Assembly: GCA_035561055.1 (NCBI GenBank)
Contig: DATMYG010000189.1
Location: 1 to 28,509 of the forward strand
Origin: Clostridia bacterium
GTDB taxonomy: Bacteria > Bacillota > Clostridia > Christensenellales > CAG-138
Length of the DNA stretch: 28,509 nucleotides
Direction of reading: 5' to 3'
In this document: positions 1 through 8,209 of the stretch, in pieces
Numbering within the stretch: position 1 is the stretch's first letter
Layout: every line of letters starts with the position of its first letter
Notes under the pieces: model-generated
Told to the model about the DNA's origin: nothing
Database searches by the model: none
Seen by the model: only the letters and a program-made list of their open reading frames with translations
Made by a program: the position numbers and the translations under genes

Positions 1-30
1 GGCAATTAATATCGGGTCATGACAAACTTG

Positions 31-55
31 GGCGCGCCGGCAGGCGCGCCTTTTA
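31..55 (+). terminator. GC hairpin with T-tract, probable intrinsic terminator
   Basis: GGCGCGCC-GGCA-GGCGCGCC (31-50) followed by TTTTA on the + strand. It lies 30 nt past the sigE stop and could also act on the minus strand. Confidence 0.5.
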
Positions 56-81
56 TGATTGCGGTATCGAAGGATCGCGCG

Positions 82-789
82 TCAGAGCATCGCGATCATT
101 TCCTTGCGAAGCGTATTGAGAATGTGTTTTTCCAGCCGCGAAATATAGCTTTGCGAAATGCCTAGCATATCGGCAACCTGCTTTTGCGTATACTCCTGCC
201 TGCCCTCGAGGCCGAAGCGCAGCTCCATAATGCGCTTTTCGCGCGGCGAAAGCTTGCGCATAGCGATGGTGAGCAACTCCTTGTCGACCTCATCCTCGAT
301 ATCCCGGCAGACAAGGTCGCCGTCCGTGCCGAGGATATCCGAAAGGAGCAGCTCGTTGCCGTCCCAGTCGATGTTGAGCGGCTCGTCGAGGGAGACCTCA
401 AGCTTGAGGCGGCAGCTTCTTCGAAGGTACATCAAAATTTCGTTCTCAATGCAGCGCGAGGCGTAGGTCGCAAGCTTGATGCGCTTTTCCGTATCGAACG
501 TGTTGACCGCCTTGATGAGGCCGATGGTGCCGATCGAGATCAGATCCTCCACGTTCACGCCCGTGTTTTCGAATTTTCGGGCAATGTACACAACGAGGCG
601 CAGGTTCCGTTCGATCAGCGTCTGGCGGACTGTCAGGTCGCCCCGGGCGAGCGCGCGGATGCACTCGTCCTCCTCCCTCTTGGTCAGCGGAGGAGGCAGC
701 GCCTCGCCCGAATTGACGTAGTAGAGCGGCAGTGCCAGCCGGATACGGCGGTAAACCCATGCGAGGAACCGGTACATCAGCGTTTTCAT
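82..789 (-). CDS. sigE: Sporulation sigma factor pro-sigmaE (235 aa)
   Basis: N-terminal pro-sequence then [13 protein letters not shown]. Sigma70 region 2 ([49 protein letters not shown]) and region 4 ([21 protein letters not shown]). RBS GGGGAGG; ATGA overlap with the spoIIGA stop. Confidence 0.97.
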   Translation of the reverse strand: MKTLMYRFLAWVYRRIRLALPLYYVNSGEALPPPLTKREEDECIRALARGDLTVRQTLIERNLRLVVYIARKFENTGVNVEDLISIGTIGLIKAVNTFDTEKRIKLATYASRCIENEILMYLRRSCRLKLEVSLDEPLNIDWDGNELLLSDILGTDGDLVCRDIEDEVDKELLTIAMRKLSPREKRIMELRFGLEGRQEYTQKQVADMLGISQSYISRLEKHILNTLRKEMIAML

Positions 790-1535
790 CGTGCCTCCCC
801 GAATATCCTGTATGGTATGATTGCGTCCGCGCCGCGAAGCTTCGCGCTCAGAGGCGCGACGAGCGCGTCCGACGCGCGCCCATCGATGAAGAGCGCGTCG
901 GGCTTAAGTGCGAAAAGTATGGTATCCCCCGTGACCGTGGACGCGGGCACGGGTATGTTCGCCTCGGCCGCGAGAGCGGGCAGGTACGCGGTGACGACCG
1001 GCAGCCCGCTGACCGGCTCGTAGAGCCGCGCGCCGGTATCCCACAGGCCGCGGAGCCTGTGCTCCTTCCCGCCGGCCACAAGGGTAACCTTTGCTATGCG
1101 CGCCGGGGCGTTCATGCGAAAGCGTCGGAGCGCATACGGCGCGAAAGCCGCCGCAGTCGCGACGATGAGCGCCGTGCGCAGCTTCCACGATCCCACGAGC
1201 GCGCCGCCTGTGAACCCGCCTCCATCCGCCAGCGCAAGCGCGAAGGCGAATCCTCCGACGAGCAGCGCCGCGCCGAACATCGCCGCGAGCGCGCGCAGGT
1301 ACGAGGCGAAGCCCTTGACGGGGAAAGCCAGCGCCATCAGCATGGCGGTAAGGAGCTTGCCGGGGAGCGTCACGAGCGGTTCCCAGACGAGCGAAGCGAA
1401 CGCGAGACCGGCGCCGAGCAGCGAGAAAAACAGAATGCGGGAGAATTTCACCGGCGCGGCGCAAAATGCGGACGCGAGCCGGAGGATCAGCGCGTCCATG
1501 ACGAGATTATCCAGAATAAACAGCTCAATATACAT
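786..1535 (-). CDS. spoIIGA: SpoIIGA, pro-sigmaE processing aspartic protease (249 aa; start re-assigned to ATG 1535)
   Basis: [19 protein letters not shown]-terminus typical of SpoIIGA, about 5 hydrophobic segments, and a LWDTG..L.EP..G.PV protease motif. RBS GGCGGTGA before 1535. Directly upstream of and overlapping sigE. Confidence 0.9.
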   Translation of the reverse strand: MYIELFILDNLVMDALILRLASAFCAAPVKFSRILFFSLLGAGLAFASLVWEPLVTLPGKLLTAMLMALAFPVKGFASYLRALAAMFGAALLVGGFAFALALADGGGFTGGALVGSWKLRTALIVATAAAFAPYALRRFRMNAPARIAKVTLVAGGKEHRLRGLWDTGARLYEPVSGLPVVTAYLPALAAEANIPVPASTVTGDTILFALKPDALFIDGRASDALVAPLSAKLRGADAIIPYRIFGEAR

Positions 1536-1559
1536 ACTCTCACCGCCCGCGGTCACTGT

Positions 1560-1628
1560 ATCATATTCCCTCGGCCGTATGTGTAGAACCGCGGAGGAGA
1601 AAACGTCCCTTTGCTGTCGAAGATCGAA
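1560..1628 (-). promoter_or_regulatory. spoIIG promoter region: -10 TATGAT plus Spo0A box(es)
   Basis: Minus-strand TATGAT at 1565..1560. Perfect 0A box TGTCGAA at 1615-1621 (+ strand reading), with a degenerate GATCGAA in tandem at 1622-1628. No good -35, consistent with the known Spo0A-activated spoIIG promoter. Confidence 0.65.
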
Positions 1629-1644
1629 CAACCCCAAAAGACGG

Positions 1645-1679
1645 ACAAAAGGTTCCCGATGCCTGCGGGAACCTTTTGT
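1645..1679. terminator. 14-bp perfect hairpin with A/T tails, bidirectional terminator-like
   Basis: ACAAAAGGTTCCCG (1645-1658), loop ATGCCTG, CGGGAACCTTTTGT (1666-1679). Confidence 0.75.
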
Positions 1680-1819
1680 AAGGAGATACAAACCGAAGAA
1701 AACCATCGCCTGTGCCCGATACGCTCCACCTCCTTGCTCTGGGCGCATCATAGCGCAGAATAACGGCACGGCGATGAACGGAATGGGGGCATGCAATGTA
1801 CGATTATGGCGAATGCGGG

Positions 1820-1847
1820 AAAAGCCCCCGCCGGGAAGGCGGGGGCT
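1820..1847 (-). terminator. Intrinsic terminator of ftsZ
   Basis: Minus strand AGCCCCCGCC-TTCCC-GGCGGGGGCT-TTT, 17 nt after the ftsZ stop. Confidence 0.8.
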
Positions 1848-1864
1848 CATGCGATGCGCGCGTT

Positions 1865-3112
1865 TTACTTGCCGTCCTTATTACGAAGGAAGCTCGGCAG
1901 ATCGAGGTTGTTCTTCTCCTTGGGGTTGTATTCCTCGTGGGGTAGATCCTTTTTGGTGAAATGCGGCGTGACCTCCTCGCCGTCCGGCAGGGGGGAGGCG
2001 TACTCGGGTTTCTTCTGGCGCGGGCGCTCGAGCCAGCTCGTGTCGGGCCCGCGGACATCGCTCTTTTCGTTTTTCAACTGGCCTACGGTCTGGCGCTGCG
2101 GAACCTGCTGCACCTGCTCCTGCACGGAGTTGCGGCGGATCGGCCCGCCCTTTTCTTCCTTTGAGTCGAAGCCCGTCGCGATGACCGTGATGCGCACGGC
2201 GTCGCCGAGCTCGTCGTCGATGCTCGCGCCGAAGATGATGTTCGCGCTCGGATCGGCATAGTTCTGGATGTATACCGCGGCGTCGTTGACCTCGGACATG
2301 CGGATGCCTGGCCCGCCGCAGATGTTGATGATGACCCCGCGCGCGCCGTTGATGCTCGTTTCGAGCAGCGCGCTTTCCACGGCCTGCTTGGCGGCGTTGA
2401 TAGCGCGCTCGTCCCCCGTAGCGACGCCGATGCCCATGTGCGCCATGCCGCGCTCGCGCATGATGGTGCGCACGTCCGCGAAGTCCAAATTGATGAGGCC
2501 CGGCACAGCGATCAGGTCGCTGATGCCCTGCACGCCCTGGCGGAGCACGTCGTCCGCGATGAGGAAGGCTTCCGTTAGGGAAACGTTTCGCCCCGTGTCG
2601 AGCAGCCTGTCGTTGGGCACGATGATCAGGGTATCCACGTTTTCCTTGAGGTTCATGATGCCGTTGACGGCGTTGTTCATGCGCACCTTTCCCTCGAAGG
2701 AGAATGGCTTGGTCACGACGCCTATGGTGAGGATGCCAAGCTCCTTGGCACACGCGGCGACGATGGGCGCGGCGCCCGTTCCCGTGCCGCCTCCCATGCC
2801 CGCCGTGATGAACACGAGGTCCGCGCCCCGCAGCGCGTCCGTGATCACATCCCGCGTTTCCTCGGCGGCCTTGCGCCCCATCTCGGGGTCCGCACCCGCG
2901 CCGAGGCCGCGTGTGACCTTCTCACCGATCTGAATCTTCTGGTTCGCGCGGGAAAGGTTGAGGAACTGCTTGTCCGTGTTGATGGAGACGAATTCCACCC
3001 CGCGAAGCCCATACTGAATCATGCGGTCGACGGCATTGTTGCCGGCGCCCCCCACGCCCACGACCTTGATCTGGGCCGGCTGGCTGCTCTCGAAATCCAG
3101 ACCGAACGGCAT
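1865..3112 (-). CDS. ftsZ: Cell division protein FtsZ (415 aa)
   Basis: [14 protein letters not shown], tubulin signature [19 protein letters not shown], and C-terminal LDLPSFLR peptide. RBS AAGGAGG. Confidence 0.99.
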   Translation of the reverse strand: MPFGLDFESSQPAQIKVVGVGGAGNNAVDRMIQYGLRGVEFVSINTDKQFLNLSRANQKIQIGEKVTRGLGAGADPEMGRKAAEETRDVITDALRGADLVFITAGMGGGTGTGAAPIVAACAKELGILTIGVVTKPFSFEGKVRMNNAVNGIMNLKENVDTLIIVPNDRLLDTGRNVSLTEAFLIADDVLRQGVQGISDLIAVPGLINLDFADVRTIMRERGMAHMGIGVATGDERAINAAKQAVESALLETSINGARGVIINICGGPGIRMSEVNDAAVYIQNYADPSANIIFGASIDDELGDAVRITVIATGFDSKEEKGGPIRRNSVQEQVQQVPQRQTVGQLKNEKSDVRGPDTSWLERPRQKKPEYASPLPDGEEVTPHFTKKDLPHEEYNPKEKNNLDLPSFLRNKDGK

Positions 3113-3125
3113 ATGAATATCCTCC

Positions 3126-4325
3126 TTATAATTTAAAGAAGTCCCGAAGCTTCCTGATCGCCCTTCTTCTCATGCCCGCGCCCTCGAGCCTGCCCGCGTT
3201 GTCCTCGTCGGTCGCGTGCATCACGAAATCCATCACGGAAAACGCGCTCGCGTAGTTCGGCGAGCTCAAGCGCGGCATCCAGGGCATGCGTACCTGTATG
3301 GGCACACCCAGCTCCCGCTCCATGAACTCGCAGCTGCCCCGCATCAGGGTCAGGCCGCCTCCCGTCATGTAGACGCTGGCGCCCTTGCCCGGCGGCGCGC
3401 CTATCTCCTCCATTGCGTCGCGGATCAGCGAGGCCAACTCGCGCGTGCGCTCCTCGATGATGTATTGGATGGTTTCGTGCTCCACCTTCATTACCCCGCC
3501 GCCCGGCTGACGGATGGTATCTATGCTATCCTGATAGTCAAGCGAATAAACATAGCGCCGCTTGACGTTCTCGGCGGCGGCCTTGTTGAGGCCGAGGCCG
3601 TAGCACAGATCGGAAGTAAAGTGGCTTCCGCCCGCCTCGATGGTGCGGATGTCGATCAGCGCAGCGTTGCGGATCAGGCACACGTCCGTGTGGGTCGCGC
3701 CGGTATCGATGAGCACCGCGCCCTGCGCGCGCTCCTCCTCCGGTATGACGAAAAGCCCTTCGGAAAGCGGCACCGCGATGTACATGTCCGCATCGAGCCC
3801 CACGCGCAAGAGCGCGTCCGAAACGAAGCGCTTAAAGCGCGCATCCACATAAATGTGCGACACGAACGCGGTCAATTCCGTGGCGCTCGTGCCCACGGGC
3901 GTATCCGCGCGCGGCACGCCGTCCAGCGAAAACTCGACGGGCGTGCTGCTGATCAGCTCGAAGCCATCCGGCGCTTCGAAGTCAAGCGACGCGTTGATCA
4001 ACTCGTCCACATCTTTATGGGAAACGCGCCGCGTCTTCCCCTTGATGCTCAGCTTTCCCTCGCCGCATATGAGTTTCATGAACGGAGCCGGAACGCCGAC
4101 GGAGATGTCCTTGACCCGATGCTTCGCCTCCGTTTCAGCGGCGGAGAGCGCGTCGACGATCGCGTCGGACAGGCTCGGCTCGTCCTCCATCTGACCGTGG
4201 CGGTATCCGCGGTACTCGCGTATGCCCGCGCCCTGAACGAGTATATTGTCCTTGCCATCGTCGCCGCAGATCAGGCAGATCACCTTCGAGCTGCCGATAT
4301 CTAAAATAGCGGTATTCTGGCTCAT
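3126..4325 (-). CDS. ftsA: Cell division protein FtsA (399 aa; start re-assigned to ATG 4325)
   Basis: [32 protein letters not shown] and VYMTGGG actin-fold motifs. RBS GGAGG; immediately upstream of ftsZ. Confidence 0.93.
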   Translation of the reverse strand: MSQNTAILDIGSSKVICLICGDDGKDNILVQGAGIREYRGYRHGQMEDEPSLSDAIVDALSAAETEAKHRVKDISVGVPAPFMKLICGEGKLSIKGKTRRVSHKDVDELINASLDFEAPDGFELISSTPVEFSLDGVPRADTPVGTSATELTAFVSHIYVDARFKRFVSDALLRVGLDADMYIAVPLSEGLFVIPEEERAQGAVLIDTGATHTDVCLIRNAALIDIRTIEAGGSHFTSDLCYGLGLNKAAAENVKRRYVYSLDYQDSIDTIRQPGGGVMKVEHETIQYIIEERTRELASLIRDAMEEIGAPPGKGASVYMTGGGLTLMRGSCEFMERELGVPIQVRMPWMPRLSSPNYASAFSVMDFVMHATDEDNAGRLEGAGMRRRAIRKLRDFFKL

Positions 4326-4404
4326 CCGTCCTCCGTTCAAACGGGCCGCACCGCGCGCGGCCAAACGGCCGAAAATGCGCGGGCATACCCATCCCAGTAT
4401 TCAA

Positions 4405-4434
4405 AGAATACCACATATACCATATATTGTTCAA
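4405..4434 (-). promoter_or_regulatory. Putative sigmaA promoter for ftsAZ
   Basis: TTGAAC (4434..4429), 18-nt spacer, extended TG-N-TATTCT (4410..4405) in an AT-rich gap. Confidence 0.55.
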
Positions 4435-4480
4435 GACTCGCGCGCGTTATTCCGCCAAATGTTACCAATTTACATGCTCA

Positions 4481-5650
4481 TCAGCCGGAAAAACCGTCCT
4501 CCGTATCATTTGGTGTCGGACTCGGCGAGCCGGAAGGGTCGGCGCCCCCGGGCGTCGGGCTCGGACCGGCGGGATCCGGCGTCCCGCCCGCAGGATCGGG
4601 CGTGCCGCCCTCGGGGAGCGTGCTCCCCTCCCCTTCCGGCGAATATACGGGATCGCCCATTGCGCCGAGATCCAGCGTGCCGGACGACGCAAGTCCCATT
4701 TCATTGAGCTTAGGGAGCACCGCAAGGTAGTTCGAGAGCTTGTTTGCGAGATCGTCCGGCTGGCCGATGTGCAGCGTGAGCCCGCCGGTCGTGGCCATAT
4801 ACACGCTCAGGGGGTTACTCATGTCGACATAGTCAATATCGTCCTCGATTCCCGCGCCATAGATCGCCTCGAGCAGCGCAACGAGCGTGCGCGCATAGAA
4901 GTCGGACTCCTCGCCGAGCCTCTGCCCCACATGGTATCCCCCCGAGCCCATGCCGGAGATTCTGATGAGGCCCGCGTAATCCGCACGCGCGCCGATGGAG
5001 AGCACATAACCTTGGGGATCGATTACCGCCTGCGCGTTGAGCCCCACGATCACGGCGGCCTCCTCGCGCTCCACGACCGTGACGAGGAGCTTGTCCGGAT
5101 AGACGCGCGCGATTTGCGCGCTCTCGACATAGGGGTCCTCCTCGATGCGCTCCTTTGCGTCCGCAAGATTTATCAACCACGTGTGCCGCCCTGTTTTCAG
5201 ACCGGAAGCGGCGATGATCTGCTCGGCCGACAGCCTGGCGTTGCCCTCGATCGCGATGTCGTCCACGATCAACAAAAACCACGTCAGCAGCAGCGCCGCG
5301 AGCGCGGCGACAGCCGCGACGCACAGTGAGATAAAACGGTTAAGCTTCCTCTGCCGCGCAAGGGCAAGCTTCTCCCGCTCGGTCAGCGGACGCCTTCTTC
5401 TCGCGCCGTCCCCCTGCAACCTGGAGCTTGTCCCGCGCCTTTCGTCCCCAAGAGGCTCGCGCCGCGCCTCACCGAGAGGCTGCGCCGTGCCGCGAAGGAG
5501 GCGGATCTGCTTGTCCGGCTTCGCGGATTCCTGCTCGAGCAGCTCCCCGGCCGGGAGGGACATATCGAGCCCTTGCGCGCCGCCGCGCGCGGCGAACGGG
5601 CGAAGGTTTAGGTCCTTCGCGCCGCGCTCCCTTCCCGCTTTGCCGTTCAT
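4481..5650 (-). CDS. ftsQ: FtsQ/DivIB cell division protein (389 aa; start could be the ATG at 5563)
   Basis: Charged N-terminus, a single TM (FISLCVAAVAALAALLLTWFLLIV), a POTRA domain (IAIEGNARLSAEQIIAASGL...IEEDPYVESAQIARVYPDKLLVTVVER), a beta domain ending GTLDL, and position before ftsA. Confidence 0.88.
   Translation of the reverse strand: MNGKAGRERGAKDLNLRPFAARGGAQGLDMSLPAGELLEQESAKPDKQIRLLRGTAQPLGEARREPLGDERRGTSSRLQGDGARRRRPLTEREKLALARQRKLNRFISLCVAAVAALAALLLTWFLLIVDDIAIEGNARLSAEQIIAASGLKTGRHTWLINLADAKERIEEDPYVESAQIARVYPDKLLVTVVEREEAAVIVGLNAQAVIDPQGYVLSIGARADYAGLIRISGMGSGGYHVGQRLGEESDFYARTLVALLEAIYGAGIEDDIDYVDMSNPLSVYMATTGGLTLHIGQPDDLANKLSNYLAVLPKLNEMGLASSGTLDLGAMGDPVYSPEGEGSTLPEGGTPDPAGGTPDPAGPSPTPGGADPSGSPSPTPNDTEDGFSG
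4568..4609 (-). repeat. Coding tandem repeat GGTPDPA x2 in the FtsQ C-terminal tail
   Basis: Minus strand ggcggcacgcccgatcctgcg / ggcgggacgccggatcccgcc: two 21-nt units with synonymous differences. Confidence 0.7.
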
Positions 5651-5655
5651 ACGCC

Positions 5656-6918
5656 TTAACCCTCTCTTCTGATGTCCGCGCCGAGCGTCTCGAACATCTC
5701 CTCGAGCTTCTCGTAGCCGCGGTCGATGAATTCCGCGTTTTCGACGACCGTCTCCCCCTCTGCCGCCAGGCCCGCGATGGTAAGCGCCGCGCCGCCGCGC
5801 AGGTCTTTTGCGCTGACATGCGCGCCCGTGAGCTTCTCCACGCCGCGGATGATGATGGTGCGGTCCTTCTGCGTGAAGATCGCGCCCATGCGCTGCAGCT
5901 CCGAGCCGTGCTTGAAGCGGTTCTCGAACACATTCTCCACGATAACGCTCGTGCCGCGCGCTACGCAGCAGAGCGCGAAGAACTGCGCCTGCATATCCGT
6001 CGGGAAGCCCGGGTAGGGCAACGTCTCGATGAGCTTGATCTCATTAAGCTTCTCGGGCGCCGTAAGCCGTATACTCGACGCGCGCACGTAAATCTGACAG
6101 CCCGCTTCGCGCAGCTTCGCAATGACGGAACCAAGGTGCGTAGGCACGGCCCCCGTAAGCGTAATTTCCCCGCCGGTGACGGCCGCCGCGCATAGCAGCG
6201 TCCCTGCGACGATGCGATCCGGCATGATCCTGTGTTGAACGGGCACATCATCCCGCACGGGCCGCTTGCCGAATATGCGCACGGTGCTGCTGCCCGCGCC
6301 GCTGACCTCATGCCCCTGCGCGTTGAGAAAGGTCTGCAGATCCTCGATTTCCGGCTCGCGCGCCGCGTTGTGGATGAGCGTTTCCCCCTCCGCACCGACG
6401 GCCGCCATGATGATATTCTCCGTCGCGCCAACGCTCGGATAATCCAGGTGAATATCCGCCGCAGTGAGGTTCTCGCCGTCGCAGACGATCAGCCCGTGTA
6501 CTTCGCGCACATCCGCCCCGAGCATCGTAAGGCCCTTGATGTGCAGGTCAATCGGCCTGTGTCCGATTTCGCACCCGCCGGGGAAGGTACACACCGCGTG
6601 TCCGAAGCGCCCGAGAAGGGATCCGAGCATGAAGATCGAGGAGCGCAGCTCCTTCGAAGGCACCTGCGGCATCACGTAGCTGTGTGCGCGCGAGGAATCG
6701 AGTTCAAGCCTGCCATCCCGCCAGACCGCCTCGACGCCAAGCTCTTCGAGGATGGCCAGCATGTTGTCAACATCGCGTAGGTGCGGGCAACTCTCCAGCT
6801 TCACGGGCGCTTTGGTGAGGAGACTCGCCGCCAAAATCGGCAATGCGGCGTTTTTCGCGCCGGAAACACTAATGCTGCCACAAAGCCGACGTCCGCCGGA
6901 AACTACGATGGATGCCAT
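5656..6918 (-). CDS. murA: UDP-N-acetylglucosamine 1-carboxyvinyltransferase (420 aa; start re-assigned to ATG 6918)
   Basis: SGAKNAALPILAASLL, PGGCEIGHRPIDLH (active-site Cys present), SVGATEN, AAREPE, YPGFPTDMQ, ENVFENRFKH, DLRGGAAL and IDRGYE. RBS GGAGAGGAG. Confidence 0.96.
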   Translation of the reverse strand: MASIVVSGGRRLCGSISVSGAKNAALPILAASLLTKAPVKLESCPHLRDVDNMLAILEELGVEAVWRDGRLELDSSRAHSYVMPQVPSKELRSSIFMLGSLLGRFGHAVCTFPGGCEIGHRPIDLHIKGLTMLGADVREVHGLIVCDGENLTAADIHLDYPSVGATENIIMAAVGAEGETLIHNAAREPEIEDLQTFLNAQGHEVSGAGSSTVRIFGKRPVRDDVPVQHRIMPDRIVAGTLLCAAAVTGGEITLTGAVPTHLGSVIAKLREAGCQIYVRASSIRLTAPEKLNEIKLIETLPYPGFPTDMQAQFFALCCVARGTSVIVENVFENRFKHGSELQRMGAIFTQKDRTIIIRGVEKLTGAHVSAKDLRGGAALTIAGLAAEGETVVENAEFIDRGYEKLEEMFETLGADIRREG

Positions 6919-6997
6919 GCCCTCTCCTCTCCGCCATAAAACGGCACATTCCATCTTATGCGAAGAGGTGCTCTTACGTTCGCGGCGGGCCGGGAAG

Positions 6998-8197
6998 CTA
7001 CTCCGTGTTGCGCGAGATGTTGAGCAAAATGCCCATCGCGCACATGAAGATGACGAGGGATGAGCCGCCCGCGCTGATAAAGGGCAGCGTCTGCCCGGTC
7101 GGCGGAACGGAGCTGGTCGCCACGGCGATATTGACCGCGGCCTGGATGCCAAGGATTGCCGTGATGCCGGCGGCCATGAGGCTGCCGAACCTGTCCTTGC
7201 AGCGCATGGCGACGCGCACGCCGCGATAGACAACGAAGCCGTACATCGCGATGACGCCCAGGCAGCCCATGAAACCGAGCTCCTCGCCGATGATGGAGAA
7301 GATGAAGTCGCTCTCCCCATAGGGCAGGAACAGGAGCTTCTGACGGCTGAAGTTGAGTCCCTGCCCGAAGAGCCCGCCAGAACCAAGCGCCAAGAGCGAC
7401 TGGCGCAGCTGATACGCGCCTTCTTGATTGGAATCCCAGGGATTTACAAACATTAACACGCGGGAAACGCGGTAGTCCTCGCTCATCACCGCCACCACAA
7501 GAATCGGCACGGCGATGGCGGCGAGCAGCAACAGGTGCTTCACCTGCGCTCCGCCAAGATAGAGCATCACGATGCCCGTAAGCATAACGATGACCATCAT
7601 GGACATGTTCTTCTGCAAAAGCAGGATGCCGCACATGACGGCGATGATCATGAGCATGGGCAGAAGCCCGCGCGAGAAGCTGCTCATCAGGTGCGGCCGT
7701 TTGGCCATGAAGGCTGCCATATACAGAAGCAGCACGAACTTCGCAAGTTCCGAGGGCTGGAAGGACACGCCGAAAATATTGAGCCACCGCGTGGCGCCGT
7801 TTCGCTCCTCCCCGAAAAATACCACGGCAAGCATCAGAAGCAGCACGCCCGCGAGCGCGACGACGCGCAGCTTCTCCCACTTGTGGTAATCGATGCGCGA
7901 GATAATGAGTATGAGCGCCAGACCGAGCGCGAGGAACATCGCCTGATTCTTCAAATAATAATAGCCGTTGTCGAGCCCCTTATCCTGCGCGTAGTAATAG
8001 CTTGAGGAAAACACCATCACAAGGCCGAAGGCGCAGATGACGACCACGGCGATGAACAGCGAAAAGTCCATCTGCCCCGCCCTGCGCGCAGGCTTATGAT
8101 CCGTGCCGCCGTCGGCAAGGCGAGTGACGTTTGTGCTTGCAGATTTTCGCGCCGCCCCCGGCCTGCCGGCGGCCGCCGCCCGATCGGTTCCCGCCAC
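6998..8197 (-). CDS. ftsW: SEDS family peptidoglycan polymerase FtsW/SpoVE (about 399 aa; GTG 8197 fits the RBS better than ATG 8203)
   Basis: FGLVMVFSSS, NGATRW, FQPSELAK, RVLMFVNPW, YQLRQSLLALGSGG, LPYGESDFIFSIIGEELG, GQTLPFISAGGSS; about 10 TM segments. AAGGAG sits 1 nt from the ATG but 7 nt from the GTG. Confidence 0.93.
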   Translation of the reverse strand: MAGTDRAAAAGRPGAARKSASTNVTRLADGGTDHKPARRAGQMDFSLFIAVVVICAFGLVMVFSSSYYYAQDKGLDNGYYYLKNQAMFLALGLALILIISRIDYHKWEKLRVVALAGVLLLMLAVVFFGEERNGATRWLNIFGVSFQPSELAKFVLLLYMAAFMAKRPHLMSSFSRGLLPMLMIIAVMCGILLLQKNMSMMVIVMLTGIVMLYLGGAQVKHLLLLAAIAVPILVVAVMSEDYRVSRVLMFVNPWDSNQEGAYQLRQSLLALGSGGLFGQGLNFSRQKLLFLPYGESDFIFSIIGEELGFMGCLGVIAMYGFVVYRGVRVAMRCKDRFGSLMAAGITAILGIQAAVNIAVATSSVPPTGQTLPFISAGGSSLVIFMCAMGILLNISRNTE

Positions 8198-8209
8198 GCG
8201 CATGCTCCT

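Noticed and set aside
1552-1720. Small ORF from a non-canonical ATC or GTG after AAGGAGGTG
   Set aside because: There is no canonical start at proper spacing, and the frame would read through the 14-bp terminator. It is kept only as part of the sRNA hypothesis.
1536-1850. 105-codon in-frame upstream extension of spoIIGA in the ORF track
   Set aside because: It runs through two terminator hairpins and the promoter, has no RBS at 1850, and the family N-terminus with an RBS begins at 1535.
6919-7386. 156-codon N-terminal extension of murA (576-aa ORF)
   Set aside because: It overlaps ftsW in another frame. The MurA sequence and a strong RBS start at 6918, so this is not a fusion.
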